This document shows, one piece after another, positions 36,554 through 46,286 of a stretch of DNA of 64,000 bases. The first letter of the stretch is position 1. Each line of letters starts with the position of its first letter. The notes under the pieces are model-generated. The model did no database searches. It saw nothing but the letters and a program-made list of their open reading frames with translations, and was not told the DNA's origin. Origin of the DNA: an uncultured Rubrivivax sp. (GTDB lineage Bacteria; Pseudomonadota; Gammaproteobacteria; Burkholderiales; Burkholderiaceae_C); the NCBI GenBank assembly GCA_964454485.1, contig CAYVXO010000002.1, positions 2,218-66,217 on the forward strand, in the 5' to 3' direction. A program made the position numbers and the translations under genes.

Positions 36554-37500
36554 CGAATCTCGGCAAGGTCGCGGTTCTCATGGGCGGCACGAGCGCCGAG
36601 CGCGAGGTCTCGCTCATGTCCGGCGGCGGCGTGCTGAAGGCGCTGCAGTCGCAGGGCGTGGACGCGCACGCCTTCGACCCCGCCGAGCGCCCGCTCGACG
36701 ACCTCAAGCGTGAAGGATTCGCGCGTGTCTTCATCGCGCTGCACGGCCGCCATGGCGAAGACGGCACCGTGCAGGGCGCGCTGGAACTGCTGGGCCTGCC
36801 CTACACCGGCAGCGGCGTGATGGCGAGCGCGATCGCGATGGACAAGGTCATGACCAAGCGCATCTGGCTCGCCGAAGGCCTGCCCACGCCGCGCTGGCAA
36901 TGGCTGGCACCCGACCGCCAGGCGCGCGAGGACCTGGTGCACGTGCCCGACGTGTTGGGCCTGCCGGTGATCGTGAAGCCGCCGCGCGAAGGCAGCTCGA
37001 TCGGCATCACCAAGGTCCAGGGCTACAGCGAGATGGCCGACGCGGTGAAGCTGGCCGCGCAGTACGACGCCGACGTGCTCTGCGAGGAGTTCATCGAAGG
37101 CGACGAGGTCACCTGCGCCGTGCTGGGCACGGGCGCCAGCGCGCGCGCGCTGCCCGTCATCCGCATCCAGGCGCCCGAAGGCAAGTACGACTACCAGCAC
37201 AAGTACTTCAGCGAAGACACCGGCTACCGCTGCCCGAGCGGCCTGCCGGCGGCCGAGGAAGCCGAAGTGCAGCGCCTCACGCTGGCGGCCTACCGCTTGC
37301 TGGGCTGCCGCGGCTGGGGCCGTGCCGACCTGATGATCCGCGCCAGGGACCGCCAGCCCTTCCTGCTGGAGATGAACACCAGCCCGGGCATGACCGGCCA
37401 TTCGCTGGTGCCGATGGCCGCGCGTGCCGCCGGCATGAGCTACGAGCAGCTGTGCGTTCACCTGGTCGAGCAGGCCGCGCTCGACTCGACGAGGGCCTGA
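36550..37500 (+). CDS. ddl: D-Ala-D-Ala ligase
   Basis: [24 protein letters not shown]. Confidence 0.96.
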
Positions 37501-37511
37501 GGCAGTCCACC

Positions 37512-38315
37512 ATGCCGCGCGCCGCCGCCACCCTGAACCCCGCACCCGCCGCCCTCCTGGGGCTGCCGGCCGACGTTCGGCTGATGAACGGCGTGGCGTC
37601 CGCTGTCTACCTGCTGGGCGCCTGCGCGCTGCTGGCGGCGGCGGCGCTGTGGCTGACGCGCGCGCCGGCGTTCACGATCCGCACCATCCGCCTGGAAGGC
37701 GAGCTCACGCGCAACAGCGTCAACACGATCCGCGCCAACGCGATGCCGGCGCTGGCCGGCAACTTCTTCAGCGTGAACCTGCAGAAGACGCGCGCCGCGT
37801 TCGAGTCGGTGCCCTGGGTGCGGCGTGCCACCGTGCGCCGCGTCTGGCCCGACCGCCTGGTGGTGCAGCTCGAGGAACACCGCGCCGCCGCCACATGGGC
37901 CGGCGAGGACGGCAACGACCGCCTGGTCAACACCCACGGCGAGGTGTTCGAAGCCAACCTGGGCGACGTGGAAGACGAAGGCCTGCCCGGCTTCGCCGGA
38001 CCGGACGGCACCTCGGCCCAGGTACTGGCGATGTACCGCCGCCTGCAGCCGGTGTTCGCGCGCATGGAACAGGAGATGGACACGCTCACGCTGTCGGGGC
38101 GCGGCTCGTGGAAGGTGGAACTGGACGGCGGCGCCACGCTGGAGCTGGGCCGCGGCAGCGAGGACGAGGTGGTGGCGCGCAGCGAACGCTTCGTGCGCAC
38201 CTTCCCGCAGCTGGCCGCGCGCTACCAGCGCCAGCCGCTGGCCTATGCCGACCTGCGCCACGCCGACGGCTACGCGGTGCGCCTGCGTGGCGTGACGACG
38301 AAGACGATCAACTAG
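37512..38315 (+). CDS. ftsQ: cell division protein FtsQ
   Basis: TM plus POTRA (PWVRRATVRRVWP), ADLRH. Confidence 0.92.
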   Translation: MPRAAATLNPAPAALLGLPADVRLMNGVASAVYLLGACALLAAAALWLTRAPAFTIRTIRLEGELTRNSVNTIRANAMPALAGNFFSVNLQKTRAAFESVPWVRRATVRRVWPDRLVVQLEEHRAAATWAGEDGNDRLVNTHGEVFEANLGDVEDEGLPGFAGPDGTSAQVLAMYRRLQPVFARMEQEMDTLTLSGRGSWKVELDGGATLELGRGSEDEVVARSERFVRTFPQLAARYQRQPLAYADLRHADGYAVRLRGVTTKTIN

Positions 38316-38330
38316 GACGAGAACCACCGC

Positions 38331-39563
38331 ATGGCCAAGGAATACAAGGACCTCGTCTTCGGACTCGACATCGGCACCGCGAAGGTGATGGTCGTGGCCG
38401 CCGAGGTGCTGCCCGACGGCGACCTGCGCGTGGCCGGGCTGGGCGTGGCCGGCACCCATGGCTTGAAGCGCGGCGTGGTGGTCAACATCGACGCCACGGT
38501 GCAGAGCATCCAGCAGGCGCTGAAGGAGGCCGAGATGATGGCCGCCTGCAAGATCACCAGCGTCTACACCGGCATCACCGGCAGCCACATCCGCGGCCAG
38601 AACAGCACCGGCATGGTGATCGTGCGCGACAACCGCGAGGTCACGCCGGTCGACGTGGCGCGCGTGGTGGAGACGGCCAAGGCCATTAACATCCCCAACG
38701 ACCAGCGGCTGCTGCTGGTGGAGCCGCAGGAATTCATCATCGACGGCCACGAGGTGAAGGAGCCGATCGGCATGAGCGGCAGCCGGCTCGAGGTGAAGGT
38801 GCACATCGTCACCGGTGCCCAGAGCGCGGCCGAGAACATCCTGAAGTGCGTGCGCCGCTGCGGGCTGGAAGTGGAACGGCTGGTGCTGAACCCCAGCGCC
38901 AGCGCCGCCGCGGTGCTGACCGACGACGAGAAGAGCCTGGGCGTGGCCGTGGTGGACATCGGCGCCGGCACGACCGACGTGCAGGTCTACACCGACGGCA
39001 GCGTGCGCCACACCGCGGTGATCCCGATCGCCGGCGACCTGATCACGAGCGACATCGCGATGGCGCTGCGCACGCCCACGAAGGACGCCGAGGAGATCAA
39101 GGTCGAGTACGGCGTGGCCAAGCAGCTGCTGGCGGATCCCGGCGAGCAGGTGGAAGTGCCCGGCCTGGGCGACCGCGCGCCGCGCATGCTCAGCCGCCAG
39201 GCGCTGGCCGGCGTGATCGAGCCGCGCGTGGAAGAGATCTTCAGCCTGGTGCACCAGGTCATCCGCGACAGCGGCTACGAGGAACTGCTGTCCTCCGGCA
39301 TCGTCATCACCGGCGGCAGCAGCGTCATGCCCGGCATGGTGGAGCTGGGCGAGGACATCTTCCTCAAACCGGTGAGGCGTGGCCTGCCGACTTACGGCGG
39401 GCCGCTCGGGGACATGGTGGCGAACCCGCGTTCGGCCACCGTGATGGGGCTGCTCGAGGAAGCGCGCATGGCGCGCCAGCGCGGGCAGAAGGCGGCGGCC
39501 CAGGCCGGCTCGGTGAGCAACCTGTTCACGCGCGCCAGGGACTGGTTTCTCGGCAATTTCTAG
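38331..39563 (+). CDS. ftsA: cell division protein FtsA
   Basis: LDIGTAK, DIGAGTT, TGG; amphipathic C-terminus. Confidence 0.97.
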   Translation: MAKEYKDLVFGLDIGTAKVMVVAAEVLPDGDLRVAGLGVAGTHGLKRGVVVNIDATVQSIQQALKEAEMMAACKITSVYTGITGSHIRGQNSTGMVIVRDNREVTPVDVARVVETAKAINIPNDQRLLLVEPQEFIIDGHEVKEPIGMSGSRLEVKVHIVTGAQSAAENILKCVRRCGLEVERLVLNPSASAAAVLTDDEKSLGVAVVDIGAGTTDVQVYTDGSVRHTAVIPIAGDLITSDIAMALRTPTKDAEEIKVEYGVAKQLLADPGEQVEVPGLGDRAPRMLSRQALAGVIEPRVEEIFSLVHQVIRDSGYEELLSSGIVITGGSSVMPGMVELGEDIFLKPVRRGLPTYGGPLGDMVANPRSATVMGLLEEARMARQRGQKAAAQAGSVSNLFTRARDWFLGNF

Positions 39564-39647
39564 GAGAGGGGTGGCAAAGGACAGATGGCAACGAAGCACA
39601 CCCCCGTCTTTTCACGGCAACTGCATCTCAATCAGTAGGAGGCTCTC

Positions 39648-40925
39648 ATGCCCATCGAAATGATCGAAGAGTTCCAGCAAGGTACGCAGATCAAGGTGAT
39701 CGGCGTCGGTGGCGGCGGCGGCAACGCGGTCGAGCACATGATCACCCAGGGCGTGCAGGGCGTGGACTTCATCTGCGCCAACACCGACGCCCAGGCGCTG
39801 GGGCGCAGCGCCGCCGGCACGCTGGTGCAGCTGGGCAAGAGCGGCCTCGGCGCGGGCAGCAAGCCCTCGGTCGGCCGCACCGCGGCCGAGGAGGCGGTGG
39901 ACAGCATCCGCAACGCGATCGACGGCGCGCACATGCTGTTCATCACCGCCGGCATGGGCGGCGGCACCGGCACCGGCGCCGCGCCGGTGATCGCGCGCGT
40001 GGCCAAGGAGATGGGCATCCTGACCGTGGGCGTGGTGACCAAGCCCTTCGAGTTCGAAGGCCGGCGCCGCGGCCAGCAGGCCGAGGACGGCGTGGCCGAA
40101 CTCGAAGCCAACGTCGACAGCCTCATCGTGGTGCTCAACGAGAAGCTGCTCGAAGTGCTGGGCGACGACGTGACGCAGGAGCAGGCCTTCGCGCACGCCA
40201 ACGACGTGCTGAAGAACGCGGTGGGCGGCATCAGCGACATCATCCACATCCCCGGCCTCGTGAACGTCGACTTCGAGGACGTGAAGACGGTGATGAGCGA
40301 GCCGGGCAAGGCGATGATGGGCACCGCCACTGCCGGCGGCCCGGACCGCGCCACCAAGGCGGCCGATGCGGCCGTGGCCTGCCCGCTGCTCGAAGGCATC
40401 GACCTGAGCGGCGCGCGCGGCGTGCTGGTGCTCATTGCCGCCAGCAAGGGCACCTTCAAGCTCGCCGAGAGCCGCAACGCGATGAACACGATCCGGCGCT
40501 ACGCCGCCGAGGACGCGCACGTGATCTACGGCACCGCCTACGACGACAGCCTGGGCGACCAGCTGCGCGTGACCGTCATCGCCACCGGCCTGTCTTCGGT
40601 GGCACGCGCGAAGGCGGCGGACCCGCGCGGCGCGGGCGGCCACCCGCCGCTGCAGGTGGTGTCGCACACGCCGCCGCTGCAGCAGCCGGTGCGCATGACG
40701 GGCACCGACAACCTGCCCATCCTGACGCAGCCGGCGCAGCTGCCGGCCAGCGCCGGCGCGCCGCAGGCGGCGGCGCCGCAGATGGCGACGGACTTCAACA
40801 CGCTGAACACGCCCAGCGTGTGGCGCAGCGCGCGCAGCCAGGCGGCGGCGAAGGTGGATGCGCTGGCCAGCAACGGGATGGACGAGATCGAGATTCCGGC
40901 GTTCCTGCGCAAGCAGGCGGATTGA
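39648..40925 (+). CDS. ftsZ: cell division protein FtsZ
   Basis: GGGTGTG tubulin signature; IPAFLRKQAD tail. Confidence 0.98.
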   Translation: MPIEMIEEFQQGTQIKVIGVGGGGGNAVEHMITQGVQGVDFICANTDAQALGRSAAGTLVQLGKSGLGAGSKPSVGRTAAEEAVDSIRNAIDGAHMLFITAGMGGGTGTGAAPVIARVAKEMGILTVGVVTKPFEFEGRRRGQQAEDGVAELEANVDSLIVVLNEKLLEVLGDDVTQEQAFAHANDVLKNAVGGISDIIHIPGLVNVDFEDVKTVMSEPGKAMMGTATAGGPDRATKAADAAVACPLLEGIDLSGARGVLVLIAASKGTFKLAESRNAMNTIRRYAAEDAHVIYGTAYDDSLGDQLRVTVIATGLSSVARAKAADPRGAGGHPPLQVVSHTPPLQQPVRMTGTDNLPILTQPAQLPASAGAPQAAAPQMATDFNTLNTPSVWRSARSQAAAKVDALASNGMDEIEIPAFLRKQAD

Positions 40926-40949
40926 GGCTCGAGTTTTGGGCCTGAAGGC

Positions 40950-40974
40950 AAGGGCGGCTGCGGCCGCCCTTTTT
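40950..40974 (+). terminator. Rho-independent terminator after ftsZ
   Basis: AAGGGCGGC-TGCG-GCCGCCCTT stem-loop followed by a T run. Confidence 0.85.
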
Positions 40975-41211
40975 CATGGGGGCGTGTAGGGGCGCTGTCG
41001 ACCCACTGCTGCCGTTCGAGGTTCTCCGAACCAGCCTGTCAGTCCAGCCTGAGCTCACAGCATCTCGCGACCAGGAAGCTGCCGCTCGTGGCCACCAGGA
41101 CTCGGCCATCAGCAGCCATTCCGGGCCGTCGGCTGGCGGTCCGTCATCGCGAATGCTCGCAGGCGGCACGCGCGCTGGGGCGCGAGCCGCGTGGCCCTGT
41201 CAGGAGCGTGT

Positions 41212-41634
41212 TCAGAAGGTCAACGTCTTCGTGTTGTCCTTGAAGAGGGCGCCTCCCACGAGATCTGGGTTGCCCATCTTGAATCCGGGCAACAGATCAG
41301 ACTCGGCGACATCGAGTTGCTTCATGCAGTACTGGCAAACCAGCACCGTGGCGCCCTTGCTCATCAGATCGGCCAGTTCCTTCTGGCGCGCGGCGTGCTT
41401 TTCCGTGTGCTTCTTGGAGGCGAGGAAGATCCCGCCTTCGTTCAACCAGATCGTCACTGGGTGACCCCTGGACATCTGCAGACCCGCGAAGTGCAGCACG
41501 TGGCCGACCCGATTGGCACCGTCGCTCGACAGCCCGATGAAGAGCGGGTCATTCGGTCCGGCGATCGCCGAGGTGGCGGCGAACCCGAGGACCACTGCAA
41601 GCAGCACGACAACCCGGTGGAAGAACTTGTTCAC
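41212..41634 (-). CDS. secreted DsrE/DsrF-like protein
   Basis: GAAAGG RBS, GTG start, signal peptide; GHPVTIWLNEGG and VLVCQYC motifs. Confidence 0.8.
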   Translation of the reverse strand: MNKFFHRVVVLLAVVLGFAATSAIAGPNDPLFIGLSSDGANRVGHVLHFAGLQMSRGHPVTIWLNEGGIFLASKKHTEKHAARQKELADLMSKGATVLVCQYCMKQLDVAESDLLPGFKMGNPDLVGGALFKDNTKTLTF

Positions 41635-41782
41635 GATAGACCTTTCATTGAACGCTGGACCGCAAGAGGCAGGCACAACCATGGGTGCCCACTGCGGCAT
41701 GGAGTGATGAATCGCGCGAAAAGGGACCGCCCTCACCGAAAGACGGCGGCAGTCTCGACGCCAAGAGACCGAGGCGAATCGG

Positions 41783-42163
41783 CTAGACGGGCGCGGGCGG
41801 CCCGCGCGGCCGCGTGTGGACCCATTCGCGCAAGGACTTGCCTGCGTCGGCGATCGCGGGTGCAATGCGCGACGATCGGTCCGACACCCGCGCCGTCACG
41901 CCAGCGCCCGACGGCGTTGGCAATGCCGCCATGCCGAGTGCGCAGAGCGCACAACAAGCCTGATGCTGGACGCCGTTTCGCGAGCCGGTCTCCCCGGCGG
42001 GGTCTTGCGACATCGGCTTCGTTGCCGAACAGATCTGCGGCAAGGACCACGAACCTTGCCCAGACACGGTGAGCCGCGACAACGTGGGCGCAGCGACGAG
42101 CGCCAGCATTGCCGCCAACACGAGCCAGCCGGCATACTGGCGCGCTCTCCGCAGTCGCTCCAT
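41783..42163 (-). CDS. DUF2946-type protein (CxxC, C-terminal RGPP)
   Basis: Hydrophobic N-terminus, QICS, CCALC, W...RPRGPP near the stop. Confidence 0.8.
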   Translation of the reverse strand: MERLRRARQYAGWLVLAAMLALVAAPTLSRLTVSGQGSWSLPQICSATKPMSQDPAGETGSRNGVQHQACCALCALGMAALPTPSGAGVTARVSDRSSRIAPAIADAGKSLREWVHTRPRGPPAPV

Positions 42164-42698
42164 AAGACCACTCTACGGTCCGGCCCTCGCGCCGGCCTTG
42201 ACTGAGCGCAATCGCGCGCCCGAGAGGGCTTTGGCGGGGAAACTGCCGCGACGGCGTGGAAAGCGTGCCGTGTCAGGTTCGGCACAGAAGCCCGTCGTCA
42301 TCACATCATCGGGACTCTGGACTCCACGCCATCGCCTTGAGTGCGGCCCGCCGATGTGTATGTGTGCCCTGCGCTGCTGGGTCTGCGACAAGTGAACGTG
42401 GTGAAGTCCGACCGGCGGCTTCAAGGCGGCGAGATCAGGGCAGCCAATGTCTCTTCGGGGCCGTGGGCTGCCTCACGCAGGCTGGATCGTTCAACCGCGA
42501 AGCTGCAGTTGGACTTCCTGGCAGCACAGTTGACGTTAGGGCCCTGGCCCCGAAACCGCCATGGGAAAGCGCCCCTTCATGTGGCCGGCGGTCGGCCTGT
42601 CGTGGGACGGCAGCACCGGCTCGACGTACCGCGCCGAGTACGACATGCTCGAGCGCATCGACCCCGCCAAGCTGCCGCGGAGCGTGGCCCTTGTGCGA

Positions 42699-43460
42699 TC
42701 ACCGCGTGGGTGCCGGCGTTGTTCGCGCCGGCGTTCGGTCCGACGCCGCTGGAGCCATCGCCGGCCGCAGCCGGCGTTCGAAATCGGGCGGTGCCACGTA
42801 CTGCAGCACCGCCTTGCGCCCCGGCTGCAGCGCGACTGCCAGGCCACGATCCGGGTAGAGCCAGGTCTGCAGGCCTTCGCCCCCGGCCTGCACCTCGGCA
42901 GGTGGGCCGAAGCGCTGCGACACGTCGTCGGCGCTCAGCGACAGGGACGGCACGAACGTGGCCCCCGCCAGCCGCATCGAGGCCGCCTCGCGCGCGCCGT
43001 CGGCCGACAGCGTGTAGCGGCGCGCGCCGGTGTCCATCACTTCGGACTTGGCGGCGCCTTCGCGCCACCGCGCCAGCGCGTCGGCCGGCGCGTCGAAGGC
43101 CAACACCAGCCGCCCGGTGACGAAGCCGGCGCTGAACGGGTCGACCAGCGCCTCCAGCGCCCCCGCCTCGCCACGCCGCGCGACGATGGCCGGCTGCAGC
43201 GCGTCGCCCAGCCGACCCTGCAAGCTGCCCAGCGTGTCGGTGCCCGGCTGGAGGCCCATCACGCGACTGGTCCCGTCGGCGCCCACGTCGATGCGCCATG
43301 GTTCCTTCGCCTGCGCAGCCGGCGGGCCCGGGGGCGCGGCCAGCATGTGCCAGGCCGTGGGCACGAAGGCCGCCACCAGCGACAGAGCGCCGGCGATCAG
43401 CGCCCAGGCGAACGGCGGCAGGCGGCGCCACAGCGGAAGTGAAGGGATTGGAGCCGGCAT
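42699..43460 (-). CDS. conserved-looking hypothetical membrane-anchored protein
   Basis: TM segment, EPWRI, RFGPP, WLYPDRGL, LQYVAP; host-like codons; CACAAT 7 nt before ATG. Confidence 0.7.
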   Translation of the reverse strand: MPAPIPSLPLWRRLPPFAWALIAGALSLVAAFVPTAWHMLAAPPGPPAAQAKEPWRIDVGADGTSRVMGLQPGTDTLGSLQGRLGDALQPAIVARRGEAGALEALVDPFSAGFVTGRLVLAFDAPADALARWREGAAKSEVMDTGARRYTLSADGAREAASMRLAGATFVPSLSLSADDVSQRFGPPAEVQAGGEGLQTWLYPDRGLAVALQPGRKAVLQYVAPPDFERRLRPAMAPAASDRTPARTTPAPTR

Positions 43461-43877
43461 GCCCCGCATTGTGGCCGTCGGCTCAGGGCCTGCCGCTGCT
43501 GCGGTGGCGCAGCCGCCTGTGTAACCGCTGCCAGGGCCGCCGTCGTCCAGTGCTGGCGGCTCTGCCCTTGTTGCAGGCGATGAACGGCTCATTGGCATCT
43601 CTGCTCTGGGATGCACCATGGTCTCTGCCAGCGGGCGCCCATTCGATAGCTGGAAACGGCGTGTCGAGCTGGCGCCAATGTTCCGTCTCACTGGCATGAG
43701 GACGGTTTGGGCGTCATGCCGCTAAGGCTGGACCAGAAGCCGCATGCGATGAAGGTCCCACGGCGTATGGTTCCAGCCGAAGTGAAGCTCACAATCGTCG
43801 CCGCAGACCTGCCACTCGCGGGCGCTTGGCGATCTGGTCTTCGAGCGCATCGCGGAAGTCGGCTCGTGGCCGACCAG

Positions 43878-44025
43878 TCAGTGCGCGGGCAGTGACTCCA
43901 GGTCGTGGGCCAGGTCCACGCGCAGTGCGGCGTCGGTCCTGCACGGCAGCGCCTGTTCGGCCACTTTGTCGTCCAGCGGCTCGCGCCTGAACATCATCCG
44001 CTCCAGGCGGCGGCACTCGACATGG
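43878..44025 (-). pseudogene. internal fragment of an ECF sigma factor
   Basis: ECRRLERMMFRREPLDD...DAALRVDLAHDLESLPAH* resembles the region 2 to region 4 linker; both ends missing. Confidence 0.5.
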
Positions 44026-44131
44026 CTTTCCCCTTCGATGGCCTCGGTTGCGAGGGGAACCCTCCATCGCCACGAGGCGCCAGCGCCGGCAGACGGTTCG
44101 CGCTCGCGCGCCACCCGGGCGGCGCGCTCTT

Positions 44132-44860
44132 CTAGAAGCGCGTGGTGAGCTCGGTCAGCCAGGCCGGCGAGACCTCGACCAGCCAGGCTTCCAGCGGCTT
44201 GTCGGCGCCGCTGACGATGAGCGCGGCGACGGCCAGCAACACGGCGCCCATCAGCAGCTTGCCGGTCTTGCCTGCCTGCAGCAGCCGCCCGCGCGCCTTC
44301 GTCATGGCGGCCCGCGACGCCAGCGCGAGCCCGGCCACCGGCAGCGCGGCTCCCAGGCCGAACAGCCCCATCAGCAAGGCGACCTGCGGCAGTTGCGTTC
44401 CCTGGCTCGCCAGCACGATGGCCGCGCCCAGCGTGGGCCCGACGCAGGGGCTCCACACGACGCCCAGCGCCAGCCCGATCACGAACTGGCCCGGCATGCC
44501 CTCCAGGTTCAGGCGCGAGACCAGCGCATTGCCGGCGTCGCCGATGCCCGAGGTGGCCGAGGCGAAGCGTTGCTGCAGCGTGCGCGACATCAGGACCAGG
44601 CCCAGCAGACCCAGCACCAGCGCCGCCGGGACCCGGAATGCCGTGGCATCGAAGCCCAGTGCGCCGCCCGCCCACGCCAGCAGCGTGCCGAGCGTGGCAT
44701 ACGACAGCGCCAGGCCCGCCGCCAGCGCCAGCGGCGCGCGCGGGTGGGCGGCGCTGGCCGAACCCAGCAGGATGGGAAGGATCGGCAGCACGCAGGGGGA
44801 GAGCGTCGACAGCAGCCCGGCCAGCAGGCCGAAGCCGTAGGTGCCGAGCCCGAAGGTCAT
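44132..44860 (-). CDS. CcdA/DsbD-beta family thiol-redox membrane protein
   Basis: SPCVLP and WSPCVGP motifs. Confidence 0.9.
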   Translation of the reverse strand: MTFGLGTYGFGLLAGLLSTLSPCVLPILPILLGSASAAHPRAPLALAAGLALSYATLGTLLAWAGGALGFDATAFRVPAALVLGLLGLVLMSRTLQQRFASATSGIGDAGNALVSRLNLEGMPGQFVIGLALGVVWSPCVGPTLGAAIVLASQGTQLPQVALLMGLFGLGAALPVAGLALASRAAMTKARGRLLQAGKTGKLLMGAVLLAVAALIVSGADKPLEAWLVEVSPAWLTELTTRF

Positions 44861-45246
44861 CGGTCGACGGCCTTCTTGAACAGCCCTTCGATGCCGCCGG
44901 CCGTGGTGTCGCCCACCGAGCGGGCGGCTTCCTTGCCGGCCTTGAACGCGATCAGCGTGCTCTGCATGCCCACCTTGAACTGCTTGAGCGCCGGCTTGTC
45001 GGCGTCGAAATCGACCGTCAGCACGGCCACGTCCTGGTAGGCCGGCAGCCGCGACAGCCGGTCGACGATGGGCTTCTGGGCCTTGCAGGTGGGGCACCAG
45101 GTGGCGGCCACGTCCACCACCACCGGCTTGCCTTCCCGGGCGAGGCGCTCGAAGTCCTGCTGGCTGAACGGCCGAGGTTCGGCGGCCGTGGCCAGGCTGA
45201 AGGCGAAAGACAGGGCTGACACGACAAGGGCGTGGCGCAGGTTCAT
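44857..45246 (-). CDS. secreted thioredoxin-family protein
   Basis: AGGAGA RBS, signal peptide, WCPTC, QST. Confidence 0.9.
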   Translation of the reverse strand: MNLRHALVVSALSFAFSLATAAEPRPFSQQDFERLAREGKPVVVDVAATWCPTCKAQKPIVDRLSRLPAYQDVAVLTVDFDADKPALKQFKVGMQSTLIAFKAGKEAARSVGDTTAGGIEGLFKKAVDR

Positions 45247-45732
45247 GGACTTCTCCTGAGTCGGTGGCGCAGCGGGTGCTGCAGTGATGAAGAGGCGAAA
45301 GGCGACCGAAAGGTTTCGCGCCGCCGCCGGGACTTCAACCGGATTGGTCGGCGACCGGGGGATTTCCTTGCATCGTTCTGCGCGGGCCGCATTGACCGCC
45401 GCCGACCCGGTCGAACGCCGAAGCGGCAGCGCTCGCGCGACGAAGCTGCATTCAATCGGCCGTGCGGTCCCTCTGCTTCGAGGGCCGACACGCGGCACTT
45501 GCGGGCCATCGGCTTCGGCGCCAGGGGCGTGCCGATCTCGCTGTTCACCGTGCGCTGGACGTGCTGTCGGAAGCCGCGCTCGGACCGGCCAGCCCGATGC
45601 GCTCAAGGAGCCGTGCCATGACAAGCGGCCGACGCGCGACACGCGCAATCGAACCGCAGATCGAAGTGCGGCAGCGCCAACGAAGCGCACCCTGCGATAG
45701 ACTTTCTAAGCGCCAGCGTCAGGTCGGAAACC

Positions 45733-46200
45733 ATGCTCACCATCCATCGCGCCATCGAGTCTGATGTGCCCGTGATGCACGGCATCCAGATGCGTGCGTT
45801 CGAGGAGGAGGGAAGAAGGTGCGGCACGCCCGACATCCCCCCGCTTCAAGAGACGCCCGGTTCCATCCTCGAGCATGTACGGACACACCTCGCGCTCGTC
45901 GCTCGAGATGGCACCACGGTCGTCGGCTGCGTTCGCGGCGTCATCGACGGCAAGGTCTGCACCGTTCGCGCGCTGGTGGTCGAGCCATCCAGGCATGGTC
46001 AGGGCATCGGGTCCCGGCTGCTTCGAGCACTCGAGGCCGAGCTTGGCCACATGGATCGCATCGATCTGACCACGAACACCCTCATGGAGAGCAACGTCCG
46101 GTTCTACGAGCGGCACGGCTACCGGATCTACGACCGAACCGAGCACATGCCCGGCGTCGAACTTGCTCACCTCACGAAGCCGGTCAACGGCGCCGCCTGA
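45733..46200 (+). CDS. GNAT acetyltransferase
   Basis: VEPSRHGQGIGSRLL acetyl-CoA motif, NVRFYERHGY; atypical codon usage. Confidence 0.88.
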   Translation: MLTIHRAIESDVPVMHGIQMRAFEEEGRRCGTPDIPPLQETPGSILEHVRTHLALVARDGTTVVGCVRGVIDGKVCTVRALVVEPSRHGQGIGSRLLRALEAELGHMDRIDLTTNTLMESNVRFYERHGYRIYDRTEHMPGVELAHLTKPVNGAA

Positions 46201-46243
46201 GGCTGCGCAGGAACTGCTGCCGGACACTGCGATCGGTCTCGAC

Positions 46244-46286
46244 TTGACTTGCAAATATGATGACCGTAATATTATGAACATCATGT
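46244..46286 (+). promoter_or_regulatory. tetR promoter with two overlapping 18-bp operators
   Basis: TTGACT-17-TAATAT; ATATGATGACCGTAATAT (46255-46272) and ATATTATGAACATCATGT (46269-46286). Confidence 0.7.

Noticed and set aside
42191..42290. Structured segment as tRNA-Sec, hammerhead, group II intron domain V or cobalamin riboswitch
   Set aside because: No UCA anticodon arm or proper T arm, no CUGANGA core, no catalytic triad, no B12 box; kept only as an unclassified candidate
42528..42700. GTTAGGGC followed by a short ORF start as an integron cassette; likewise the GNAT gene boundaries
   Set aside because: No matching RYYYAAC inverse core or attC hairpin, and no integron integrase in the window
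45380..45720. Short ORFs between the thioredoxin and GNAT genes, and at 43480-43870
   Set aside because: No coherent codon bias, RBS or motifs; probably decayed DNA
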